A DNA stretch of 64,000 bases from positions 54,148 to 118,147 of the forward strand of contig JAXHMW010000011.1 of the NCBI GenBank assembly GCA_034521065.1, written 5' to 3'. The stretch's first letter is position 1, and each line of letters opens with the position of its first letter. The notes beneath the pieces are model-generated. The model searched no databases. It worked only from the letters and a program-made list of their open reading frames with translations, and was not told the origin of the DNA. The DNA comes from Planctomycetota bacterium (GTDB taxonomy: Bacteria > Planctomycetota > B143-G9). The position numbers were made by a program, and so were the translations under genes. Positions 51,979 to 60,531 of the stretch are shown one piece after another.

Positions 51979-52973
51979 TCAGGTGACCAGGAAGTCGGTT
52001 GGTTTCGAACATGAAGAACAGCGGCCATCCTCGAGTCCTTCGCAATCTGCAGTGCGCCTGCGTTTGATCAGGACGGCTGCGCAGTTCGGACATATCGTAT
52101 CAGACCATTCACCGGGAACAACGTTGCCGAGATAGACGAAAGCGAGGTGCTCCCGGGCTTCCTCCCCGGCCCTTTTTAACTGAGCAAGCGAGGTGGGGGG
52201 ATAGATTCGGCCCTGTAAGCCGGATGGTACGCGGAAAGATGCAGGGGAACCTCTTCGCCGCATTCGGACGCAATCCACTTGGCGAGTTCACCTGTCACTC
52301 CGTCGCGGTCGTTCTGCGTGGGAATCACAAGGCAGGTGAGTTCGAGGTGAATACGTCCTGCCATGCCGCGAACTGTTTCAAGTACGGGTTCCAGTCTGGC
52401 GTCACACAGTTCCCTGTAAAAACGGTCTTCGAATGACTTCACATCTATGTTGGCCGCGTCGAGGTATTCGAGTAGCTCGGAAAGAGGTTCGGGGTTGACG
52501 TAACCGTTGGAAACGAGGACATTACGCAAGCCGCGTTCCCTGGCCATCTTGGCGACCTCGAGATAGAACTCCAAGTTGATGACGGGCTCGTTGTAGGTGT
52601 AAGCGATCGCCTTTGAGCCGTCTTCCTCTGCGTATGAGACAATCCTTTCGGGCGTGACCTGCTTAGTGAAGCCCACTTCGGTTGACAGGTGCCAGTTCTG
52701 ACAGAACGAGCACGACAGATTGCAGCCGTATCCGCCTATTGAGAACACCTGTGAACCGGGCATAAAGTGATAGAGCGGTTTCTTCTCGATCGGGTCGGAC
52801 TGCATTGCTGCGATGTGTCCCCACTGAGTGGCGATCAGTGTGCCTTCATGGTTCTCCCGAACAAGGCACTTGCCCGATTCTCCGAGTTCTATAACGCAAT
52901 AGTGCGGACAAAGTTCACATTGTACCTTGTCATCATCAAGTTTCCGGTAATACCGAGCCTCCATATCAAACAC
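51979..52973 (-). CDS. amrS: AmmeMemoRadiSam-system-type radical SAM enzyme (PflA-like); one apparent frameshift at the G6/C6 run 52195..52200
   Basis: Contains CELCPHYC...GKCLVREN, DPIEKKPLYHF and the radical SAM motif GCNLSCSFCQNW. ORFs 52176..52973 and 51979..52278 join as ...AYHPAYRAESIPP/TSLAQLKRAGEEAREHLAFVYLGN if the homopolymer is one base longer. Confidence 0.75.
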
Positions 52974-52985
52974 ACTCCCACGTGT

Positions 52986-53267
52986 TCACGAACACACTTT
53001 TACGAACGAAGCACCCTGCTCCACCAATCGGCAAACGGTTTTTGCGGCCTGCCGAACATCTGCACAGTCGCCGAGACGCACCTCAAGAGCAAGCCCCGGG
53101 ACACACAGCCGCGCCGCGTCCCTCTCCGCCGCGGCGGGAGAAACGGGAAAGGCCTCGCAATAGCCCGAAGTGGCGACTACGCCCAGTTGCGGACGCCTGT
53201 CGGTGTCGAGCTTCCAAAGTTCCTTCTGCGCCCTCGTAGAGCCGCCACAGACGAGCCTCATGCCCAT
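52986..53267 (-). CDS. Small hypothetical protein translationally coupled to the ATP-cone gene
   Basis: 93-aa ORF whose ATG lies inside the upstream stop context (gaATGGGCATGAgg). No motif recognised; the ...LVEQGASFVKV ending is vaguely barrel-like. Confidence 0.3.
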   Translation of the reverse strand: MGMRLVCGGSTRAQKELWKLDTDRRPQLGVVATSGYCEAFPVSPAAAERDAARLCVPGLALEVRLGDCADVRQAAKTVCRLVEQGASFVKVCS

Positions 53268-54625
53268 TCTTCAAGTTCGTTCGAGTACCGTTCCCAGATT
53301 CGAACACCTTCGGAGACATGAGTCTGCGAACCCTGCGAAGAACCAACGCATGAGAACAAAGCCGCTTCGGCAAGGCCAATAGCCTCGACCGCGACGACCT
53401 CAGTTTTGCGGACACGCTCCATTATCCATATTTCAGACTCGGTTTCAGCATTCGCTGGAATCCGCTTGAACTCGTCGCACCTTTGGCGAAGCTTCTGAAG
53501 CGTCTGCGAGAAAAGCTCACGGGAGCCTTCCTTGCCGGCAAGTTCGATATACGGAACGGAAAACGGGACGGTGCGAACCGCGCTGGGCGAAGAGCCGTGT
53601 GAGCAAATTTCGAGCGAGGCCCCGGAAACTGCGGCTGCTCCGAAGCACTTGACCGCGCTTTCTATCTCCTTGCGTGAACCCACGAGCCTTATCCCTGGCG
53701 CGTCACTCGCCGCGCAAGCAGCTACCCTCGCCAAACCTTCCGGACTATGTTTCGCGGAGAGCTCGAGGGTCGTCCGCGCCGGATAACGCAGGGCAACCCG
53801 CAACATATCGGAAAGCAGTGCCGCCGCCCTTTCCGGGCGCTTTCTCTTGCCCAGCAAACCATCCATACGCAAGGTCACCGTACATGAGACTGCCAGCAAT
53901 TTCCTGACACCTTCCACTACGCCCGACAACTGCCCGGCGAGTCCCCTGCAACGAATGTTTCGAACATCGGTCGCCTGCGCCAAGTCAGCTGCATCGGCCA
54001 CGATCTCTCTGAACCTCTTGTCGTGCGAGTGCACAGTTTTGGACGAACGCACCCGGGACCGTGAACTGGCATCACTCGAACGGGAAATGCGCAGTGCCTT
54101 GCGCCCAAGCCCCATCTTCAGAAGCTCGATATCGCAAAGCTCGAGCAGCGCCGTAAGGGTAACAGGATTGATGTTTCCGGCGAGCAGTTTCCTTTCGACC
54201 TTTCTGCATACATCCAGCGATGTCTCAAGTGGCACATCACATACCGTGGCGAACTGGGAAGCGAACCGGGAGCGGTTCCAGCGCCACAACCTGCCGGTCC
54301 GTTCGAGGTCGAACCGGCCTTCACGGTCGGGTATTATGCGCAGTCCCGCACGCCGCAGCGCGAGCCTCGCGGAGTACGCGAGGAACAGCTCCGCGGCGTC
54401 GTCCTGCCGAGCTTTCCTGAGGAGCTGTGCAACGTGCTCCCTCATGTCCTTTGTAGTGGGTATGTCGTCAGAGAACCGGCTTTCGATGTCGTCCGCGATA
54501 GTCTGCGCGAGCTGGGATGCGAAACCGGTATTGGGATGTCCCGCAGCCTTCATTGCGACCGTTACCGACTCGATGAGCCTGTCCCGACGATACGGAACGA
54601 GCCTCCCGTCCTTTTTACAGAGCAT
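53258..54625 (-). CDS. Tandem ATP-cone-domain protein of unknown function
   Basis: 455 aa. Residues 1-90 (MLCKKDGRLVPYRRDRLIESVTVAMKAAG...HVAQLL) and about 100-175 (PDREGRFDLERTGRLWRWNRSRFASQF...TLTALLELCDIELL) both look like ATP cones. The C-terminal 270 aa or so are unrecognised, with no RNR catalytic motifs seen. Confidence 0.5.
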   Translation of the reverse strand: MLCKKDGRLVPYRRDRLIESVTVAMKAAGHPNTGFASQLAQTIADDIESRFSDDIPTTKDMREHVAQLLRKARQDDAAELFLAYSARLALRRAGLRIIPDREGRFDLERTGRLWRWNRSRFASQFATVCDVPLETSLDVCRKVERKLLAGNINPVTLTALLELCDIELLKMGLGRKALRISRSSDASSRSRVRSSKTVHSHDKRFREIVADAADLAQATDVRNIRCRGLAGQLSGVVEGVRKLLAVSCTVTLRMDGLLGKRKRPERAAALLSDMLRVALRYPARTTLELSAKHSPEGLARVAACAASDAPGIRLVGSRKEIESAVKCFGAAAVSGASLEICSHGSSPSAVRTVPFSVPYIELAGKEGSRELFSQTLQKLRQRCDEFKRIPANAETESEIWIMERVRKTEVVAVEAIGLAEAALFSCVGSSQGSQTHVSEGVRIWERYSNELEEWA

Positions 54626-54639
54626 CTTGAAGTGGGCGT

Positions 54640-55137
54640 TCAGTTTCGCCCCGGGTCACCCTTTTCACCGTTCATGTTTTCGGTTCGCTCGTTTACGAGG
54701 CTCTCCAAGAGGCCGAAGAAGTCGTTAATGTCCTGAAATTTTCGATATACGGAGGCGAATCTCACGAAAGCAACGGGATCAAGCTGCTTGAGTTCCGCAA
54801 GGACATGCTCACCGATTTCCGGTGCGGGCACCTCTCTGCCAAAACTTTCACGGATGTCATGAGATATCTTGTCGGTGAGATTGTCCAGTTCATCTGCGGA
54901 GACCGGCAGTTTTTCGCAGGCCCTTCTCAGTCCCTCAAAAATTTTCTCTCTGGAAAAAAGCTCGCGCCTGCCATCGCGCTTGACCACGTACAGCGGCCCC
55001 TGCTCGATGCGCTCGTAGCTGGTGAACCGGTGGCCGCACTTGTCACACTTTCTGCGCCTTCGAGTTGTATTGGTGTCCTCGGACCAACGAGAATCGATTA
55101 CCTTGCTTCCGTCGGCAGAACAGTGAGGGCATCTCAT
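54640..55137 (-). CDS. nrdR: Transcriptional repressor NrdR
   Basis: 165 aa. Zinc ribbon MRCPHCS...RRRKCDKCGHRFTSYE followed by an ATP cone (VVKRDGRRELFSREKIFEGL...VRFASVYR). Confidence 0.9.
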   Translation of the reverse strand: MRCPHCSADGSKVIDSRWSEDTNTTRRRRKCDKCGHRFTSYERIEQGPLYVVKRDGRRELFSREKIFEGLRRACEKLPVSADELDNLTDKISHDIRESFGREVPAPEIGEHVLAELKQLDPVAFVRFASVYRKFQDINDFFGLLESLVNERTENMNGEKGDPGRN

Positions 55138-55142
55138 GACAG

Positions 55143-55189
55143 CTCCAACATATTGTGGAAAGAAGACAACAAGGCGCCTTATATTGTGG
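55143..55189 (-). promoter_or_regulatory. Tandem NrdR-box-like repeats upstream of nrdR
   Basis: ATATTGTGG occurs at 55150..55158 and again at 55181..55189, exactly 31 bp apart. On the gene strand it reads CCACAATAT, which matches one half of the NrdR-box palindrome as I recall it (acaCwAtATaTwGtgt). The other halves match poorly (about 4 of 8). Confidence 0.35.
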
Positions 55190-55415
55190 TTATGTCTCTA
55201 CTGTTGGCAAGGCATTTTTTCCACTATTTTTCCATATAAGCGCTGTTTTAGACGTCGAATAATTGTCCACATGCCGTACTGGAGTGTCACAGATGTACCA
55301 GAACCGTAACGCTCTTTGTAGACAGGCTCTTGCGCCCGAAGAATTAACGCGAACCATTTATTCTTGACTCATTTGAAAGCTGTGAGCCGGGAATACCGTC
55401 GACAGCGGGCGACTG

Positions 55416-57347
55416 TTGTGCTATCATAATCATGGAGTTCTCGCTGTTCTCAACGCTGTTCAGGGGCCAATCATCGATAAGACCATACGTCTTTTCCTTT
55501 CCCTTGTTCTGTGTTTGCTCGCCGTTTCCTTTTCCTTCGCCGAAGATGCCGAAAAAGATGAGGCTGATAAGAAGCTCGAGGCAGCTATCGAAAACCTTGA
55601 GTCGCCAAATTGGTATCTGCGGGGCTCGGCCATTCTCGACCTCGTCCAGCACGAGGATGAGAAAGTCGATAAGGGAATCGAAAGGGCTCTCGAATCCAAT
55701 TATCCTTTCGTCAAGCTTGCGGCATGCAAGGCCATTCGTCTTCGCAAGATGGAGAATATGCTCGACAAGGTCGTTGAGGTCTGTCTGGACTCTACCTATG
55801 TCGCTGTCGTCGACTCCGCCGCCAAGACCATCGCCTCGCTGAATTCTGAAGAGGGCTTCAAGAAACTTTACGAGGCCTGGAACGAGAGGTCGGGCAGGCC
55901 CGGTTTAAACTTCGGCCGCTCTCTGCGCTACTTCAAGGATGTTGACCTCGAGGGTCTCATCGAGAAGATTGTCAAGAACAACAAAAGCGAAATGCTCACC
56001 GCGTACACCATCGAAGCTGCTACGGTCAACGGCATCCACACAGACCGGCTCGAGCAGTCCGTCCTTTCCATCAAGCCCAAAACCGCTGTCCTGCAGTACT
56101 GCATGAGCGAATACCTCTCTACGTGTCCCGACAGCAAGGCTGCTGTTAACTATCTCATGAACCAGATCAAATCCCGCGAGGCTCCCATAGCCATGCGCGC
56201 AGGCACTTCCCTGGCAAAACTCAAGCATTCCAACCCGGATGACTTGATGTCCTATGCCAGGAAGAAGGCCAATCCTCCGTCTTCAAACGCGGCGCTGAAG
56301 GCTATCGCGCTCAATCATTACGCTCCGGATGCATCAAAGGTCTCCTCACTGCTTTCGGATAAGCACTCTCGCGACCGCATCAGTGGTTGCATATACGTTG
56401 CCAAGTTTCCTTCCAAGCGTCTTTTGCAGCACGTGGAAAAACTGGCTCTGTCGGATGAGGACGAGCAGGTTCGTCTCTATGCCATGCGTACACTCGTCCT
56501 TCAAGATCCCGAAACCGCCACGAAAGCCATCGGCAATCTGCTGGAAAGTTCTGATGACATTAACAGGATTACAGCCCTGATGGGCATAGCCTACACCCGT
56601 GACGAAAAACACATGCCGCTCGTGATTAAGGCGTTCTCGAATGGCCTTTCACAACGGGCAGCGGCTGCAGCGGGATATGCGTTGCTCTGCCTGAATCCTG
56701 CCAGTGCTCTCGAGGAGATGGAAGCTCTTCTCAAGAAAAATGATGCCGACATTGCGATGCCTGTAATTATCGCTCTCGGCCAGCTTCCGTTCGGCAAGAG
56801 CGTCGAACTCCTCATTTCGACGCTCAACACCAACTTTGAAGCCATCAGGAATGCTTCCTCCGAACAACTCATGCTCCTGACGGGCTGCAATTTCCCCCCG
56901 CAACAGAAGGTATGGAATAAGTGGTGGGAGAAGAAGAAGGAATACCTCGACCCATTCAACTCCCGCTGGCTCCCTGTTCCTGAGAAGGAAAAGGAAGACG
57001 GTGAGGACGAGAAAGACGACGAGGGCAAGGTCGAGAAAGGGCTCGAACAGGTATTCCTCTGGCACAAGCCCAAGACATCCCTGTTCACATCCATCGCTGA
57101 CAGACGAAAAGAGACGGTCAAAAAGTTCGACAACGCTCAGTTCCTGGTGAGCAGATGGTCGAAAGCGGTCTTCTTTTTGGCCTGCGAACTTCCAGGACAT
57201 GGACGGCAAGTGGAGCAGCAAGGGTTACAAGAGGCTCGCGGACGACCCCAACAGCGTGGCAATGGGCATCGGCGAGGAATATTGGGACTTGGCAGTAACG
57301 GCGATGGCCGCGCTCGCGTTCATGGATGCGGGCTACAGCCCCGGTGA
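55416..57347 (+). CDS. Secreted HEAT/armadillo-repeat protein; both ends uncertain
   Basis: Signal-like IRLFLSLVLCLLAVSFSFA, then repeated helical units (SPNWYLRGSAILDLV, YPFVKLAACKAIRL, DEQVRLYAMRTLVL, DINRITALMGIAY) and an acidic Lys/Glu region. The last 200 nt or so overlap protein-like sequence in other frames. Confidence 0.5.
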   Translation: MCYHNHGVLAVLNAVQGPIIDKTIRLFLSLVLCLLAVSFSFAEDAEKDEADKKLEAAIENLESPNWYLRGSAILDLVQHEDEKVDKGIERALESNYPFVKLAACKAIRLRKMENMLDKVVEVCLDSTYVAVVDSAAKTIASLNSEEGFKKLYEAWNERSGRPGLNFGRSLRYFKDVDLEGLIEKIVKNNKSEMLTAYTIEAATVNGIHTDRLEQSVLSIKPKTAVLQYCMSEYLSTCPDSKAAVNYLMNQIKSREAPIAMRAGTSLAKLKHSNPDDLMSYARKKANPPSSNAALKAIALNHYAPDASKVSSLLSDKHSRDRISGCIYVAKFPSKRLLQHVEKLALSDEDEQVRLYAMRTLVLQDPETATKAIGNLLESSDDINRITALMGIAYTRDEKHMPLVIKAFSNGLSQRAAAAAGYALLCLNPASALEEMEALLKKNDADIAMPVIIALGQLPFGKSVELLISTLNTNFEAIRNASSEQLMLLTGCNFPPQQKVWNKWWEKKKEYLDPFNSRWLPVPEKEKEDGEDEKDDEGKVEKGLEQVFLWHKPKTSLFTSIADRRKETVKKFDNAQFLVSRWSKAVFFLACELPGHGRQVEQQGLQEARGRPQQRGNGHRRGILGLGSNGDGRARVHGCGLQPR

Positions 57348-58316
57348 AGGTCGCTATGGCCGAATCATAGAGAGGGCATTGGACTACATCGCGTGCCTCG
57401 TAACATCGAATGGCTCGCTTACATCCAAGCAGCTTGCCGGTTCGAAGCTCGAAGGCGAGATGTTCGAACACGCGCTTATCTGCGAAGCACTCGCCCAGGG
57501 ACTTCTCGCCGGCTACGACAAGCACCGTGAAACAGTGCAGCGCATGGTCGACTTCCTCTGCACCCAGCAGGACAAGAATAAAGGCGGCTGGGGCTGGACT
57601 CCCGATAAGAACTCCAACTTCTGCACGCCAACCACTACCTACGTAGTCGAGGCACTGTACAAGGCAGAAAAGGCCGGAATTGAATTGATGCCCGGCACGC
57701 GTGCTCTCGCGCTCAACTGGTACAAGAACGAAGTTTCCGCTCCGGTTAACCAGTATCAGTTCATCCCCGACGAGGACATGTCCCAGGATGAATACGACAA
57801 GAAAATTACGGCAAAGTCCTCCGCCGGTTGGGACGACCGTTCGTTCTTTGCGAGTAACACCGCGATGACTGCATACGCACTGTCACTTTTCGGCGCTCAC
57901 CGCAACAACACTCACGTGATAAGCAAGCTGAACCTACTCAAGGATTACTCACCTGACCAGTGGGGACGCGCCGGGCTGGATCAGGTCTGTCCTCCGCACC
58001 ACTACCCCAGCACGCCAACCTCACGCGGTCGCGCGAGCTGCGCGGCGGCAAGGCCTTTACCGACTGGTACGAGGGTATGTGCAAGTTCCTCAACGAGAAG
58101 ATGGAAAAGGGCGGCGAGGCTCACGGTTCATGGCAACCTCAGGGTTGGGATGGCCAACGTGGCGGCAGGATTCTCGCGACAGCGATGACAGTTGTCACGC
58201 TCACAACGCCCTACGGACTGACCTCGCACAACCTGAACGGCAGGACCTATCCTGACTCCCGAAAGACGAGAAAGAAGAAGAAGAAAAGGACGAGTAACCT
58301 CCTTTCTATCCGGTGA
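57155..58316 (+). pseudogene. Prenyltransferase/squalene-oxidase-repeat (terpenoid-cyclase-fold) protein; at least 3 frame breaks; may be fused to the upstream HEAT protein
   Basis: MVESGLLF, then, after a shift at ttttt near 57178, ANFQDMDGKWSSKGY...DLAVTAMAALAFMDAGY...ALDYIACLVTSNGS...FLCTQQDKNKGGWGW. After a shift near 57990 the C-terminus reads KAFTDWYEGMCKFLNEKMEKGGEAHGSWQPQGWDGQRGGRILATAMTVVTL. Confidence 0.5.
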
Positions 58317-58342
58317 CGGTGCCGTGCCGTAACGGCGCAATG

Positions 58343-58380
58343 AAGCGGGCCCTATGTCATTGGGCCCGCTTCTGTATTTT
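58343..58380 (+). terminator. Rho-independent terminator
   Basis: A perfect 10-bp stem, AAGCGGGCCC (58343..58352) with GGGCCCGCTT (58362..58371), a 9-nt loop, then CTGTATTTT. It lies 27 nt after the stop at 58316. Confidence 0.7.
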
Positions 58381-58601
58381 CAGGAGTGCTCGCAGATGTC
58401 GGGCAAGGTTATGGCATTTTGGACTGTCGCAGCCGTCAGCGAACTTCTCCCGGCGGTTATTACAATTTCTCATATGTCCATCGCCTTTCCCTATTCCTTA
58501 TTAACTCCATTTTCTTGAAATGGCAGCAATATGGAACATCGGCGCACAAGAAACGTATAATATAGAGGGCGCGCAACGCGCCCGAAAGGTTCTTTGACAA
58601 T

Positions 58602-58957
58602 GGGGGCGAAATGGTATCGACCGGACGTGAGAAGTGTCGGTTGCGTGCCGAGGATGTCGGTTGGCCTCGTTAATCATCCGGCAATACCTATAAGTGCCAA
58701 CAACAACTACGCACTCGCAGCCTAAGTAAACGGTTGCTGTCGCATTTGTCCGTTCCCGCCGGGCATTTGACGGCAAAATTATGCGGGATAGCCGAAGTGA
58801 CTGTTCGCGTAGCTTAGGCGAAACTTAACGTGAACTCGCGAAGCGAGAACCCTGCCTGCCGGGGCCTTTCTTTGCTAACTTAAAAGACAGGATACGCACG
58901 TAGAACCCGCCATGGATACGTTACGGGACGGGGGTTCGACTCCCCCCGCCTCCACCA
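58602..58957 (+). ncRNA. ssrA: Transfer-messenger RNA (tmRNA, SsrA)
   Basis: The 5' GGGGGCG pairs with the 3' CGCCTCC (a G3-U wobble, the alanine identity element), followed by ACCA. T-arm GGGGGTTCGACTCCCCC. The internal tag frame reads GCC AAC AAC AAC TAC GCA CTC GCA GCC TAA. Confidence 0.9.
58696..58725 (+). other. tmRNA tag-peptide reading frame: (A)ANNNYALAA-stop
   Basis: The resume codon GCC at 58696 runs through TAA at 58723..58725. The YALAA ending is the canonical ClpXP/SspB degron. Confidence 0.8.
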
Positions 58958-59257
58958 ATTACAAAAGACAAAACCATCTCTCTCGGGGTCACTCTCCGAA
59001 GCGCACGGGTGCATCCCTGAACAATTCCCTTCTTAACACCAATGCAAACACTTGCTTGCCTGCATACTCATTGGGGCTCGGCCACGGCTCTTTGCCCGGG
59101 ATTGACAGCCGGGTATGAGAGGCCCCCCGCTTCAGCGATCGCGTTCTCAATACCTAAAAACCCTTTCGTTCATCCCCAGGCCTCGCGGTTGCATTACCGG
59201 CCATCCGATGCATAATGTTCGGAAGGTCATTCGTCTTTTTTCGAAGCAGTCAGGGAG

Positions 59258-59800
59258 GTGTTCGCTATCTTGCTCAAAAAAGTATCGGGCATCGAAATCG
59301 AGTGTGTGAGGGGAGATATCGCTTCGCAACACGGAATCACCGCCGTTGTCAATGCAGCAAATGCCGAGCTGATGATTGGTGGAGGTGTGGCCGGAGCCAT
59401 TCATCGAGCCGCGGGGCCGGGACTTGCGGAGGAATGTCGTCCGTTAGCACCCATTGCCCCCGGAGAGGCGGTTATCACCAAAGCACATCGCCTGCCCAAC
59501 CAGTACATCATTCACTGTCTGGGGCCTGTTTACGGCATTGACAAACCGGAAGATGAACTGCTGGCAAGTTGCTATCGCAACGCGTTACGGCTTGCCGAAG
59601 AGTACAAGGTAGATTCGATAGCGTTTCCGGCAATCTCAACCGGCGCATTCGGGTATCCCATGAAGGACGCGGCCGAGGTCGCATTCGCGACTGTCATCGA
59701 AGCCATTCCAAAACTGAAATCCGTCAAGAGGGTACGCTTCGTGCTGTATGGCGCGAGGGATTTGAAGATTCATGAAAAAGCCCTCGAAGAGCAGACCTGA
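59258..59800 (+). CDS. Macro-domain protein (O-acetyl-ADP-ribose deacetylase / ADP-ribose-binding, YmdB-like)
   Basis: Contains ITAVVNAANAELMIGGGVAGAIHRAAG and SIAFPAISTGAFGYP. A TTG at 59270 is better spaced from GGGAGG than the GTG at 59258. Confidence 0.85.
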   Translation: MFAILLKKVSGIEIECVRGDIASQHGITAVVNAANAELMIGGGVAGAIHRAAGPGLAEECRPLAPIAPGEAVITKAHRLPNQYIIHCLGPVYGIDKPEDELLASCYRNALRLAEEYKVDSIAFPAISTGAFGYPMKDAAEVAFATVIEAIPKLKSVKRVRFVLYGARDLKIHEKALEEQT

Positions 59801-59862
59801 AGACACGGAATCTAACAACTACTTTGAAGCAGAAGGCAAACTTGAATACGCCCGTGAACGAT

Positions 59863-60531
59863 ATGCAATGCCCTTTATGCCGTGGTGCCGGTAATTGGAT
59901 TTCGGGAACCGAATTCCTCCTGTGCGGCGAGTGCGGGGATTCTTTCGTCATCCGCGGCACCTGCTCAGCCCGCAACAGGAAAAGGCCCGATATGAAACCC
60001 ACAACAACGATGTGAACGACCCTCGCTATCAGGCGTTCGTCTCGCCCATCGTTTCAGCAGTCTTGAGAGATATCAGTCCGAATTCTTACGGGCTCGATTT
60101 CGGCGCCGGTACCGGCCCGGTAATCTCTGAGCTTCTGAGCAAAGAGGGCTTTCGAATCGTGCAGGACGACCCATTTTTCCACAATAGACCGGCTTTGCTC
60201 GAAGAACGCTACGACTACATTGTTTGCTGGCGAAGTGATCGAGCATTTCCACTTCCCCGAAAGAGAATTTCGACTGCTCAGGAGCCTCCTGAAGCCACGG
60301 GGAAAGCTATACTGCATGACTTGCCTGTACAGTCCGGAAATTGAATTCCGTGACTGGTACTACATAAATGACCCCACGCACGTATTCATATACCAGCCGC
60401 AAACCATGGAATGGATAAGGCGAAATCATGGGTTTTCTTCCTGCGTCATAGACGAGAGGCTCGTCACACTTGCCGCGCCTGGGGAAACCCGCACCGCCGC
60501 CGATTCCCAACCACGAAGCTCATATGATTAG
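59863..60531 (+). CDS. Class I SAM-dependent methyltransferase with an N-terminal zinc ribbon; two apparent frameshifts (about 59948 and 60224)
   Basis: MQCPLCRGAG...LLCGECGDSF, then, after a shift, HLLSPQQEKARYETHNNDVNDPRYQ...GLDFGAGTGPV (motif I)...YDYIV, and after a second shift AGEVIEHFHFPEREFRLLRSLLKPRGKLY. Confidence 0.6.

Noticed and set aside
52986-53267. RLVCGG near the start of the 93-aa ORF as a glycyl-radical motif paired with the adjacent radical SAM activase
   Set aside because: The motif lacks the aromatic residue of RVxG[FWY]. It sits about 85 residues from the C-terminus rather than about 20-30, and no PFL/NrdD-like barrel sequence is recognisable upstream.
58515-58583. Promoter and hairpin upstream of tmRNA (TTGAAA at 58515, TATAAT at 58556, GGGCGCG-CAA-CGCGCCC at 58567..58583)
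   Set aside because: The spacing between the -35 and -10 candidates is about 35 nt, which is far too long. The properly spaced -35 (GGAACA) is weak. The GC hairpin lacks a T-run. All this is suggestive of a pre-tmRNA leader but is not supportable.
58912-59118. 68-aa ORF starting inside the tmRNA
   Set aside because: It overlaps the tmRNA T-arm and acceptor end. Its sequence (MDTLRDGGSTPPASTNYKRQ...) is just the translated RNA gene plus non-coding DNA.
58958-59257. Integrase gene or att direct repeat expected next to tmRNA
   Set aside because: I looked for a tyrosine-recombinase ORF and for a second copy of the tmRNA 3' end (GGTTCGACTCCCCCCGCCTCCACCA) downstream within the window. Neither is present, so an island boundary cannot be supported from this window.
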